DNA from: Ginglymostoma cirratum
Lineage: Eukaryota
DNA length: 64,000 nucleotides
Assembly: GCA_024137785.1 (NCBI GenBank)
Contig: JAHRHZ010000055.1
Location: 591,940 to 655,939 of the forward strand
Direction: 5' to 3'
Below are positions 24,521 to 36,660 of the stretch, piece by piece (position 1 is the first letter of the stretch; each line of letters begins with the position of its first letter). A model generated the notes under the pieces. The model searched no databases, had not been told where the DNA came from, and was given only the letters and a program-made list of their open reading frames with translations. Both the position numbers and the translations under genes were made by a program.

Positions 24521-26099
24521 ACAGTGTCAAATTTTGTATATCGTTTCTTTAACCTCATTATTGACAACCGTACCTTTGGTTTCCCAAGGCCTAAGCTCTG
24601 GAATTCCCTTCTAAACCCCTTCCGCCTCTCTGCTGTGCCTGACGATCCCTCAAGTCTATTTTTTCCGTGACTATATCTGAGTTTACTATGTCAATTTTTG
24701 TTTGAGGTTCCTGTGGAGGGCATTGGGATGATTTACTACAAAATTAAGATGTTACATAAATGCAATTTTCTTTTTTTTAAAAAAAAAACCTTTGTTCAGG
24801 TACATTAATAAAAGCATGCTGGTCCCTTTTGAGTCAGCTTTCTCTTTCAATTCAGCCAAGGCTATGGATCATCCAACTCCAAGAGCTGTCAGGTCTGCAA
24901 AAAGGTTTATCTCTGTGTTTTAGAGCTGCAGAACATCACAGCCAGCGAGCAAGCGAAAACCAAAAAGTTGCAGAAGTGGACAGTAATTTGCTCAGATCGT
25001 TATTGTTAGACGAGAGTTCAGTGGTATCATTCTTTAGTGTCATTAGTGAGAAGAAATTTTAAAATATCAACAGGCTGGGTGTAGTGGCCAAACCCTCCCT
25101 GTTGCTCATACATGGTGAGTGTATTATTCTATTAGAACTTTAAGGCTGCATTTTTTTTAAGATATGCCTCACATTATTTATCGTCAGGTATATCTAATTG
25201 TATTTCTCTTTTAATGAGAAAGGTGATGTAGAGATTCAGTGATAATTGCAGCTATCTCAAGTAAAAGATCAATGCTGGGAGTGAATGATCAATTACTACA
25301 AACGCTCAGACAAACTTTTTCTTTTGGTTCTAATGAGATTGTAATGAAATTAGAATTTTATTCCTGCTTGGCAGGCATATTGGACAAAAGGTTCTTTTAA
25401 GATATATTTCAAATGAAGTCAATCACATTACCGTGGGTCTGGAGTCACACATGTAGACCAGACCACATAAGGATGGCAGATTTCCTTCTCTTAGTGAACC
25501 AGATGTGTTTTTACAACAATCGACAATGGTTGTGTGTTCAACATTCGACTAGCATTTTATTCCAGATTTTTACTGAATTCAAATATCACCATCAACTGCA
25601 TTTCCTCAGAACGTTCATCCTGTCAAATGATTCCAAAATTTAATTGGAGCAAATATGGTAAGGCAAGGGACATGCAGTTTCTGAACATTGTGTTACTCAC
25701 ACATACAAAGTATATGATCTCAATGGATCGTGATCCTGCTCAACACTAACATTTAAATAACACTACATTTTTAATACATTTGAAGGATGCCATAAAATGG
25801 ACTAAAATAATTGTTATATCCAATTACAACAACTATTTCTACGCCACCCTCCTTTTTCTTTGCATTTCTTACTTATGTTTGATCATTGGTTTTAACCACA
25901 AAGAAAATAAACTATTCTACTATGCATACATATTCTTGTATGTATTTTGATTCTGGCACGGTGATTTTGAAATGAAGACAGTTTATTTCTTCCTCCTGTT
26001 CCTTCCTTCTTGCTGACTTGTCTTTCTGGGACGGCTGGGCGGTCTTGATTCTGGGATCACTTTAGTTGTCACTTCCACTTCCCTGTGCTGTTGGAAACA

Positions 26100-27165
26100 T
26101 TGAATCATAGAAAAAGACTCTGACTATCCACCCTATCCATGCCTCTATTATTCTAAAAATCAGGTTGCCCCTCAGCCTCCATCGCTCTCATGAAAACCAT
26201 CCAAGTTTGTCCAAACTCTCGTGAAAACTACTACACTTCAATCCAGACAACGTTCTAGTAAACCACTTTTGTACCCTCTTCAAATCCTCCACATCCTTCC
26301 TATAGTGTGGTGATCAGAAATGCCGAACTAAAGCCTTATCGAGTTGCAATATGACCTGCCAGCTTTTATACGCAATGCACCAACCACTAAAGGCAAGCAT
26401 ATTGTATGCCTTATTTATCACATTATCCAGTTGTTACCACTTTCAGGGAGCTATGGATTTGCACCCCAAGGTCCCTCTGTATGTCAACACTCCAAAGGGT
26501 CCTGCCATTTACTGTATACTTTCTTTTTGCATTTGACCTCTCAAGATGCATCAGCTCTGATTTGTTCATATTTGACTCCATCTGCCATTCCTCCACCCAA
26601 CTTTCTGATTGATCTATATTCTGCTGTATCCTTTGATAATCTTCCTAATAATCCACAAATTCACCAATTTTTTTCTTTGTCATCTGCAAACTTACTAAAC
26701 AGTCTACATTTTCATCCAAAGCATATATTATATATATATTACAAACAGAGGTCCCATCACTGATCCTTGTGGAACACCACTGGGCAGACATCTCCAGTCT
26801 CAAAAACACCCTTCCATAAATTAAACTTTCAATTTTGTATCCAACTTGCCAATTAACTATGGATCCCAGGTGACTTAATCTTCTGGACTCACCTCTCATG
26901 AGGGATCTTCTCAAATGCTTTAATAAAATCGATTACAGGCACCGTTCACTGCCCTACCTTCTTCATTCATGTTTGTTACCGCCTTAAAAAAAACTCAATC
27001 AAGTTTGCGAGACAAGGCCCACATAGAGCCATCCCTAATAAGTCCATTCTTTTCCAAATGTGAGTAAATCCCGTCTCTTGGAATCTTCTCCGGTAATTTC
27101 CTTACCACTGATGTAAAGTTCATGGGCCTATAATTTCCTGGATTATCCTTGTTGTCTTTCTTAAC
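26100..27165 (-). mobile_element. CR1 ORF2 fragment, degenerate
   Basis: KDNPGNYRPMNFTSVVRKLPEKIPRD; minus-strand gtggtgttccacaaggatcagtgatggg (GVPQGSV). Confidence 0.88.
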
Positions 27166-28361
27166 AGTTAAACGAATTGCAAGCTGCACAGATCTGCTAT
27201 GTGGGTTCTCACTAATTTGCCCAGGGTCACTTTCTCCACCCTTACTATTCCCTATAACATTTTCTACTAATTCTTAAAAGACTTTCAGCTTCCGAGGTGA
27301 AACTTCGACATTTGATCAGATTCTCACTTCCCATCCCCGCCAATTATTACCCTTCTTCCCTCCCTCCCCAAATCAATTGCGCATCCTTGGAGTTTAGGTA
27401 CAAATCCCAATCATCTGGATGTTTCTGCAGAGTCTAGTCAACATGTTATCATGTTTCAAATCCTTTGCGGCAGCTGAGTGTAGACATTTCTTCTTACCCC
27501 ACCTTCTCCTTGCCTGGCATTTGGTCAATGCTTGGAAAAACCATATTCAATCTTCTAATGCAAGCAGAGATAGAGAGGGTATCCAGAAGTGAGCTCTCAG
27601 GGCTAACAGAGAAGATTATTACAGAAAACAGCAAGACACCAATATTAACGATTTTTCTAAAAAGCATAACATTGAGAGGGCAACAGGCAAATTTATTTTT
27701 ACAAACAACTCTACGATGGGAACAATTAACCTCCATTCTGATGAAGAATGAATGGAAAAGCGATAAAATGCTGGGTAACATTTGTTTACGTTCAATATAA
27801 ACTGTTACATTGAACCATTAAACTTAGGTCAGCCAAACAGATTATGAGGTAATTCAGTAATTGCCTGTTTATATTTATTTTTTGTTTAAATGCTTGCATG
27901 TATGAGACCATGTCACAGTGTCAATTATTGTGGCTTTGAAATGATCAGAACCTGTTTCAGTCACTTAAGGATTTAGGCCAACGAGTAGCAGAGTCTAAAC
28001 AGAAATGAGGAGGAATTACTTCTCTGAAAGGATTGTGAATCTGTGGAATTCTTTACCTCACGATGCATTGGGTGCCAGGAACCAGAGTAAATTTAAGGAG
28101 GAGATAGACAAGATTTTAATTCGTAACAGATTAAACAGGTATTGAAAGCAGGCAGCAAAGTGGAATTGTAACTGAGATGAGATCAACCGTGATCGTATTA
28201 GATATTGAAGCAGGTTTAAGGGGCTGAATGGCCTACTCTTACTCATAGATCAAGGTTCAATTATTTTCATGACTTTTTACGGTCTGTACTTGCTGATGCT
28301 GAACAGATGCAGTCCACAGACTCTGGATCTCCTTCCTTAAATCCCAACTCTTTCCAAATTC

Positions 28362-28592
28362 TGAAATTGCTGAAAAAGATCAGCTGGTTTGGCAGCATTT
28401 GTAGATAGAAATCAAAGTTAATGTTTCGAGTCCAATGACCCTTTCTCAAAATCTGGAGTTCTGAAGAAGGGTTACCGAACCCGAAAGGTTAGCTCTGATT
28501 TCTCTCCACAGATATTGCCAGACCTGCTGAGCTTTATCCAGTGACTTCTGATTTTGTTTCTGATATACAGCATCTGCAGTTCTTTTGGTTTC
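28362..28592. mobile_element. Penelope-derived palindromic insert; hammerhead at 28456-28495 (+)
   Basis: Inverted arms of ~85 bp; gagtt CTGAAGA a gggtt accg aaccc GAAA gg TT agctc. Confidence 0.8.
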
Positions 28593-29759
28593 TTTTCAAA
28601 TCTCCCCCTTCCTTCAAGACAATCCACGACTAAGCTTTTGGTCATGTCTGCTAACAGCTAGCTTTGGCACTCAGAATTTTTCCCTCTCTCTCCAGGTGGA
28701 GCCTTAGGATGTTGTTGATCACTAAAATCATGATATCAATGCAAACCTGTTAAATTAACTCAAATTTCCACATACCGTCCAACACAGTTTTTTGCGATCT
28801 TCTGACTTTTTGCAATTGACCTTAAATTGGGTAACATTAACCATGAACATTAGATTATTCAGGCCACAATCATAACAGTTTATTTTGATGCCCTTATCGG
28901 GACAGCAGCCTGGAGATTTTCATACGAATACATGAGGGTTTTTAAGACTGAGATGAGGCGAAATTTCTTCACTCAGTGTTGAGCCTGTGGAATTGTCTGC
29001 TACAGAAAGCGACTGAGGTGAAGACACTGAATGTTTCTAAGGAGGAATTAGATACATTTCTTAGGACTAAAGGAGATGGGATCAAAGGGTATGAGAAGAA
29101 AGTGGGAAAAGGGTTTGAGTTGGATGATTATTTACAAGTGTATTAAATGGTAGAGCAGCCTCGAAGGGGTGGTAGCAGGCCAGTCAGTCTTATTTTCTAT
29201 GTTTCATTACCAATATTCAAGCAAAATTTCAAGCCTCTCATCAAAGTATGACTGAAATTTGAAGCCTATTGATATACATTTGAAAGCTTCCAGGTAGCAA
29301 AGTCTAATTGATGCAATCTGAACACCGTCCATCTCCAAGACAGTGAGTCAATGATTACCTATTGTCCATATTCCTGTAATCTGAACAAAGGATGCCGAAA
29401 TAAAGCATTCTCATTTCATAATAATTACTGAAGTTCAGTGATTTCAGTTTAGTTCAAGACTAGAGGTTGTGGGCGAGATTTGATTGTTCAATCTTTAAAC
29501 ATCAACTTAGTTTTTAGGATGCGGACCTGGTTTTGCTGTTGGAATGAAAGAAGTTTGTTCCCCCTGCCACTCCAAAACAATTAATACTGACTTAATGCCA
29601 GCATATTTATACAACTGAACATTACAGCTTTCTATTTTCATAGTTGAGCTTATAGAAACTGCCTGATGGTAACTGTTTCATTTCTACAACAACTGCACAG
29701 AAACTAGTGTAAGTTTTTTTCTTAATATAACATGTAAAGATGAACTGTTCAAGATTCTC

Positions 29760-29905
29760 TGATGTGGCGATGCCAGAGATGGACTGGGGTGGACAAAGTC
29801 AGGTGAAGTCCACTTTACCTGACAAAGGAGCAGCGCTCCGAAAGCTCGTGATTTCAAATCAACCGGTTTTACTATAACCTGGCGTCAAGTGACTTCTGAT
29901 TTTGA
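29760..29905 (+). mobile_element. Third Penelope pLTR family fragment with hammerhead-like core (29815-29851)
   Basis: ttac CTGACAA a GGAGC agc GCTCC GAAA gc TC gtga; G8 mutated in this copy. Confidence 0.62.
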
Positions 29906-31074
29906 GATTCTTTTGGAAGGAGCAAGTCAGATGAAAATTGATTTCAGGGTTTGGCATTAACTGCTAACTATATAAACTCCCAGCTAAATATCAAGTATTA
30001 CAGAAGCAGAGGAGTTTAAAAGCACCAATCATAAAAACAAAAATATTAACTTGAGAAAAACCAATGATACTTTCGATCTTCGGATTTAAATTGTTGAAAC
30101 TGTTTTCCAATGCTCAATGAAATTTTCTACATTTCAAAGAGCAGGTCATTTTCTTCCTCTGTTGATATCTCTCTCATTACGTTTAGTGTCTGAAGTCTGC
30201 AAGTTATTGTGAGCAGTGCTGGTGTATTGATGTTTAACGAGATTGCAACAAATTCTTCCTTTCCATACTGGCAGCAAGCTTTCCTTTGAAAATTTCCACC
30301 GTTAATGCAACTGAGAAGTGTGCCTGTGAAGTGTTCAAACTAAATCCCAGGCTTGAAAGATCCATTAACTGTAATGTTGCCCTCAAGTGAACAGCATCAA
30401 TTTGAACCTTGGTACCTGGATTAAACATAAAGGAAAATCATGGCCTTGTAAGGTTCAGCAGGGAAGGAATTTTAAGATTCTAAATTAGCCTTGGTGATGT
30501 TTTTTGTATTAGATTAAAAGATTAAGCATTTCAGGGAGGAAAGCAGTAAATGTCTGTGTCAGCAACAATGCTGTTATTTCAAAGCTGGGATTCAGATGTG
30601 AATGTACTCCAGCTTGCACACATCAGGACTGAAACACAAGGACACCAACTTTAGAAAGAGAACAGTATACAGCGTGAGGAGACAGAGCTGTGGTTGGACT
30701 ATGGCAGGAACGATGACAGAACACACTGGTTAACTGATTAAGTTCAAACCAGGCATGCTTCTACTTTGTCACTGTTTTTAGCAAACGTTTAAGTTCTGTA
30801 CTACCAAGTAATTATTTGTGTATAGGATTTGGGAGGGGAAGGAGGTGTGTGGCATCACCTTCTACCCCATGTAGATCCCAGCAGATACTCATGGCCCTCA
30901 GCAGAGTTGCGGGATGAACAAGTTGCGAACTCTGAGGAAGCATTGGTGGCTGGGAAGCAGAGCATCAAATGTGAAAGTCCTAGGAATGTGTCACAGGCCC
31001 CATGATGTGTATGCATACACAATCGTTTTGCTTGCAGTAATGGCTTGATGAAATGAACTACACAGCCTGGTTTA

Positions 31075-31812
31075 GGATCCGTTAGCTCAATTGGCTGGAT
31101 GGCTGGTTTGCAATGGATCAATACCAATAGCATAGGTTCAATTCCCATACCCACTGAGGTTACCAATGATGACTATTCCTCTCAACTTTGCCCCTCACCT
31201 GGAGCAGATACTTATGCCCCTCAGGTCAAACACATCACCAGTCTGAGATAAAAGGTACTACAGATGCTGGAGAATCCGAGATAACAAGCATGGGGCTGGG
31301 TGAACACAGCAGGTCAAGCAGCATCATAGGAGCAGGAAAACTTGCACAAGCTTCAAAATCTCCCCTCCCCCAACCGCATCCCAAAACCAGCCCAGCTCAT
31401 CTCCACCTCCCTAACCTGTTTTTCCTCTCACCTCAAGCCACACCCCCATCTCCTATCTACGAACATCATCCCGCCCCCTTGACGTGTCCATCCTCCCTGG
31501 ACTGACCTATCTCCTCCCTACCCCACTACCTACACTCACCTTTACTGGCTCCATCCCCGCCTCTTCGACTTGTCTGCCTCCTCTCCTCTATGCATCCTCT
31601 ATCCACCTCCCCCTCTCTCCCTATTTATTTCAGAACCCTCTTCCCCTCCCCCATTTCTGATGAAGGGTTTAGGCCCGAAACGTCAAGTTTTCCGGCTCCT
31701 ATGATGCTGCTTGACCTGCTGTGTTCATCCAGCCCCATGCTTGTTATATCACCAGTCTGCTCCTGTTATGAGTGAGCAGCCCTATGGTCTGGTAAGTCTA
31801 TGACATGTTTAC
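31075..31812 (+). mobile_element. tRNA-headed SINE (family also at 38495-38690 minus and 59545-59735 plus), split by a Penelope insert
   Basis: tagctcaattgg...ggttcaattccc boxes; shared body cctcaggtcaaac..accagtc and tail gcagccctatggtctgg. Confidence 0.7.
31246..31747 (+). mobile_element. Penelope 3' fragment with inverted pLTR; hammerhead at 31654-31687
   Basis: C/T-rich spacer, then CTGATGAagggtttaggcccGAAAcgTC; 12-bp TSD ATCACCAGTCTG at 31234-31245 and 31748-31759. Confidence 0.88.
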
Positions 31813-32744
31813 CAATACCTCCAACAGACCCAGCACGACGGTACATTGCCAAGATACTTTCTGTGTTTGTACTGCTGTCATGTTAACACTTATCCCTTCC
31901 ACAGCACCACCATCCCACACACCCCCCAATGTCAGTTTGAACCACTTATCAAGCTTTCCAATGGGGCAACTGCAGGCAAAGGTTTGCTGCTCTATCAGTT
32001 TGCTGTTAATTGTTCTGATTTGCCAGTCTTTCATGATGAGGCTACAAGTTATTGGAGAAAGCTATTGCAGTGGTGTAACAGTGAATTCTAAACTTGGAAC
32101 ACTCGGCATGATATTATCCCAATGCTGGACCTGAACAGTTAGAACAGTAAGATAATAATGATGACGAGATAGTAATGTACATATGGAGTGTGGTTTCCAG
32201 CAACACCGCAGAAGGACTGTGTCTCATCCAACCTGACTACTCTAAGCAGCTATCCGATGCCATCTCTGTTACTTATCAGCTGCTATATTGATGCTGATTC
32301 ATGAAAACCTTTGAATAAGAATGGGGCTCAGTTTCCACAAGTGATTCTGTGTTGGAACTCTTCCACAATTTGGGAAGAAACCTTCTGACAGCTACCCGGT
32401 GACAGTCCCTAACAGCATGTTTGATGTTAACTCTACATGTCTAGTGGAAAGCAGGCAGTTGGACAATTAAACGTGTAGTTTATTTATCTGCTTGTATCCA
32501 CTCTATTTCTAATTTTAACCTGCAGGTGGAAGACACGCCAGCTTAAAGAAAAAAAGGGGGGGCCTGATAACTTTGTTAAACTCATGTCAACAGAGCCTCT
32601 GTGCAATTTTAACAGGGGCCCTAACTGAGGGGAGATCACCAATGGACTACTACATGATGTAGAAGCAGGTCCCTCAGGATAAGGCACAGACATCCCACCT
32701 CCGCCCCCGCCACACTTTCTGTGGAAGAAAACCCTGAAAGTTAG

Positions 32745-33110
32745 AAAACATTGCTCTTACCTAGTGCCTTTCATAACCACCAGATGTCCCAAAACACTTT
32801 GCTGTCAAGGAGATACTCCTGAAGTGTTAAAAGCTAGAAGATCCAGCTGCTAATTTATGTACAGCAGCCTCCTACAAACAGCAATGATGTAACATCCAGA
32901 TAATCATTCAGCACAACACCAGGGATAACTCCAGTGACTGTGTAAATGATGCCACAGGGTCTTTTGGATCATATGAGACAGGAATAGAAGCCTGTCTGGC
33001 CTGATTTTAATCAGTGAACTAGACCATCACCAGTTCCTGCTGCAATTTCAGACAGAACATAGGTTCTTGGTTTAGCATCCATTTGAAAAATGACACCTCA
33101 ACATGTAACA
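32745..33110 (-). mobile_element. Deu-domain SINE remnant
   Basis: Reverse complement of the Deu-SINE tail (gtgcctttcata..ccagatgtcccaaaacacttt; cagataatc). Confidence 0.6.
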
Positions 33111-33429
33111 CTCGATAATAATGGAACATCAATCTTTATTTGTTCATCCGAGTCCTGGTGTGAGGCTTGGTCAGACTCCTCCTCTTCCCATTGCAAATGT
33201 TACATTCAAAAAAAAATGCGTAGAGGGACTTAAAAGTAAGCATGTTACCAATTGAACCACAGCTAACACATAGACCCCTGTTTACCCTAAAACCTGGGAC
33301 ACAGAAGGTCCCTGTTCCATTCACTCATTACAGCTGTCCTGTAGGCCAAGTGGACCAGTAGCATTTAAATTTAGCCAGTGTCAATATGCTCACTGGAAGC
33401 TGCGAAATCATCACAAACTACATTTTTTA

Positions 33430-33760
33430 AAAATTCATTGACGGAATGAAGGCATCACTAGCTAGGCAGCATTTATTGCCCCTCCCTAATTGCCCAGAGG
33501 GCAGTTCAGAGTCAAACACATTGCTGTGGCTCTGGAGTCACATGTAGGTCAGGATGGCAGTTCCCTTCCCTAAAGGACATTAGTGAACCAGATGGTTTTT
33601 TTTCCTGACAATCAACAATGGATTCATGGTCATTATTAGATTCTTAATTCCAGATATTTTACTGAACTCAAATTCCACCACCATCTGGGTCCCCAGAACA
33701 TTATCTAGGTCTCTGGATTAACAGTCCAGCAATAATACCACTAGGTCATCGATTCCTCAC
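33430..33760 (-). mobile_element. tRNA-headed bipartite SINE, near full length
   Basis: Head matches 15926-16228; tail gggcaattagggaggggcaataaatgctgcc matches LINE 3' ends at 58120-58190. Confidence 0.88.
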
Positions 33761-34774
33761 TCGGGTAACCTGAAACACTGGTTATGGTGATATTGTCTGC
33801 CACCTCCACCAGATGCCCACAATAAGACAAAGATCTGGATTAGTAACTCTGGATTAGCCAAACCCAAAGATGCATGGTGTATAACTGCACTGACCAGAGC
33901 AGAGTTAGGCCATGCTAGAGAGTGGAATCATGCGCAAATCTACAGTGATTGCTGTAAAATAGTCTTGCCCATGTCCTGACTGAGCACTAAGAGACATTCT
34001 AACACTGTTGAAACTGGACTGTGTTACCAAATCGCTCTTTAATGTTTAAAGATGAAATGTGTCATGATGCAAGGTTTGGAGAAAGAACGTCACTTGCTCA
34101 GTGTCTTTGCCAATACAGATGGCACTGTGCTTGGAAAGACCAAGAAACCACATTGCTTTGTGAATGCCAATACGCTGCCCACTCCATGTGAAGTGATTAA
34201 AACCACCCAGAGGGCCTCTGGCTATTCCAAGGCACGGGTCAGGAAAGTAGACACAACGGATTAGAGGAAAAGGAAAGGAAGATGGTCACCCACTGACCCT
34301 GAAGCATCTGATGAATGGGCAGCATCCTCACCTGCCTGCTTCCCCAGCTGAGGCCACAGAGGCGGTAGGGAGTCTCCAGGATGTTACACAGCAGCAAGTA
34401 GGTGACTGCACTGACCATACAGTGTACACGGACAAAGACAACACCCTCACCAGAAGAAGATTATTGAAATTTTCCAGAGTTAACACCCAATGTTCTTCAA
34501 TACCTTTTTACTTCCAAGGTCAGGCTATTGTATGGTGTGAACAAATTGATAAATAAGGCCATTTTATACATATCCTGCATCGCCTTGTTTCTATTTTTTT
34601 TTGACAGTGTGTTTGATGAAAAAACAGATGACACATGGACATCCACGGCTATCCTAAAGTTCCAATTAAGACAAATTTGCAGCCAGGCTGCCCACAATTA
34701 GACTTATGACTTTCCTGTACGTGTGATTATGTAAAATAGATAATGTTAGAAACAACATTACCAATTCCTTATCA

Positions 34775-34950
34775 GAAACAAAAACAGATATTGTTAGAAA
34801 AGCTCAGGTCGAATGACCCTTCCTCATAATGACCCGAAATGTTAACTCTGATTTCTCTCCACAGATGTTACCAGATCTGCTGAGCTTTTACAGCAATTTC
34901 TGTCTTTTGTTTCTGATTCATTGCATCTACAGTTCTTTCAGTTTTTATTG
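34775..34950. mobile_element. Penelope-derived inverted-pLTR insert
   Basis: Same family as 15460 and 28362; 15-bp TSD AC(C/T)AATTCCTTATCA at 34760-34774 and 34951-34965. Confidence 0.8.
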
Positions 34951-35502
34951 ACTAATTCCTTATCACCCATTTTTCATCATTAGGCAAGGTCAGCATAACT
35001 TCTTGCTTGTTCAACAGTGTTGCAAAAATAGTGCCTCATTAAATCAACTAAATGGTTGTTACCCAAGGTAAGAAGAAATATTTCCATTTTCTCTAGCTCT
35101 GTATTAACAATACATCGTAGTCATACAGCAATTGGAATTGGGGTCAATGTTTGTGCTTTAAAAATACATGGACAGGATGGACAACACAGTGAAAGCTGGT
35201 GCAAAATGTCTTCAGATCGTTGCTTGAACATACACCAAGGAGCATATTCAGCTCCACTCTACAGGTTTGTCAATGTGATGACAAGAAGTGGAGTGAGGGA
35301 GATATGGACAGGGTGTCATTTTGTATTATTTCTGGACCCTATCAACCTCCGTCATTCCAATATGGTGTGGTAGCAAAGAGACAGCACAGAACATGGACCT
35401 ACAGCTGATAAGTGTTCAGTACATAACCATCCGTGATAATTCTGTTTAAAAGAGGTGATCGTGGCTATCCTTAGGCTTGAAATTTTTTTTTAAAAAAGTC
35501 AG

Positions 35503-35601
35503 TCAAATTTCCTTGAGAACATCCACGGGCACAATTCCTCTCTTTTTCCCACTGGAAACCTTGACAAAGCCATTAGTTTCCTCTCCTCGTCCGACACAGA
35601 C
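35503..35601 (-). CDS. STAC2: STAC2-like terminal coding exon (end of SH3-2, stop)
   Basis: gcatttttcag|GTC...ATT TGA; translates [32 protein letters not shown], resembling the STAC C-terminus (SGKKRG..P.D.L.EI). Confidence 0.94.
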   Translation of the reverse strand, partial: VCVGRGEETNGFVKVSSGKKRGIVPVDVLKEI

Positions 35602-36011
35602 CTGAAAAATGCGAAAAGCAACGTCAATTTGTGTGACTAAATATCCCCGAAACGCGGAATTGGATGGTATTCAAAAGACTAAGTGGGCGAAACCAGTCAG
35701 TGAACATTGGGAAACCTTGTAAGAGTTGAGGCTTCAGATCAGCCACATAAGGATGAAGAAAGATTTTAGGATGAAAATTAAAGGGCCTCACCTTTAAGGT
35801 CTTGCATTGTCCTTAGCAGGCTTTGTACATAAATGAATTAATTGGAAAACACAGATGATTTACTGGGTGGTGGTTAAGGGAGGGGAAAGAAAACACAGAT
35901 GATATGGTAATGGGGAGAAAACAACCTTTCAGTCGTGTGTAAGAACACTTCTGGATATAAACGAGCAAAAAAGAAAGTTAAAAGGAGTGGCCACGTTGGC
36001 TGGACTACGAG

Positions 36012-36660
36012 TGGGTAGGCGATGGCCAAGTGCTATTATTGCTTGATTATTAATCCAGAAACTCAGCAAATGTTCTGAGGAACCAGGTTCAAATCCCACT
36101 AAATAAATCTGCAATTAAGAATGACGATAAAACATAGAACATTACAGCGCAGTACAGGCCCTTCGGCCCTCGATGTTGCGCCGACCTGTGAAACCAATCT
36201 GAAGCCCATCTAACCTACATTATTCCATTATCATCCATTTGTTTATCCAACAACCATTTAAATGCCCTTAAAGTTGGCGAGTCTACTACTGCTGCAGGCA
36301 AGGAATTCCATGCCCTTACTATTCTCTGAGTAAAGAATCTACCTCTGACATCTGTCCTATATCTATCACCCCTCAATTTAAAGCTATGTCCTAGCTAGCC
36401 GTCACCATCTGAGGAAAAAGGCTCTCACAGTCCACCCTATCTAATCCTCTGATCATCTTGTCAACTGTCAAAAAAAAAACCATCTGGTTCACTAATGTCT
36501 TTCAGGGAAGGAAATCTGCCCTCGGGAAGTGGTCTGGGCTCCATATGACTTTAGGACCACAGCAATGTTTTCGACTCTTAACTGCCCTCTGGGTAATTAA
36601 GGATGGACAATAATTGCTGCCTAGTCAGCAATGCCCTTGTCTCATGAATGAATTAAAAAA
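36012..36660 (+). mobile_element. Bipartite SINE split by a young CR1 3' end (36130-36460, minus)
   Basis: Head ggcgatggccaagtg..ggttcaaatccc; CR1 tail aacatagaacattacagcgcagtacaggcccttcggccc; SINE resumes at catctggttcactaatg. Confidence 0.85.

Noticed and set aside
24924-25113. Possible plus-strand exon (ttttag acceptor, ATG|gtgagt donor)
   Set aside because: No recognisable protein or partner exons; could be a lncRNA exon but unsupported
32479-34949. STAC polyadenylation signal candidates (minus-strand AATAAA at ~34944, 33135, 32479)
   Set aside because: Cannot choose among them without transcript data; one lies within a repeat
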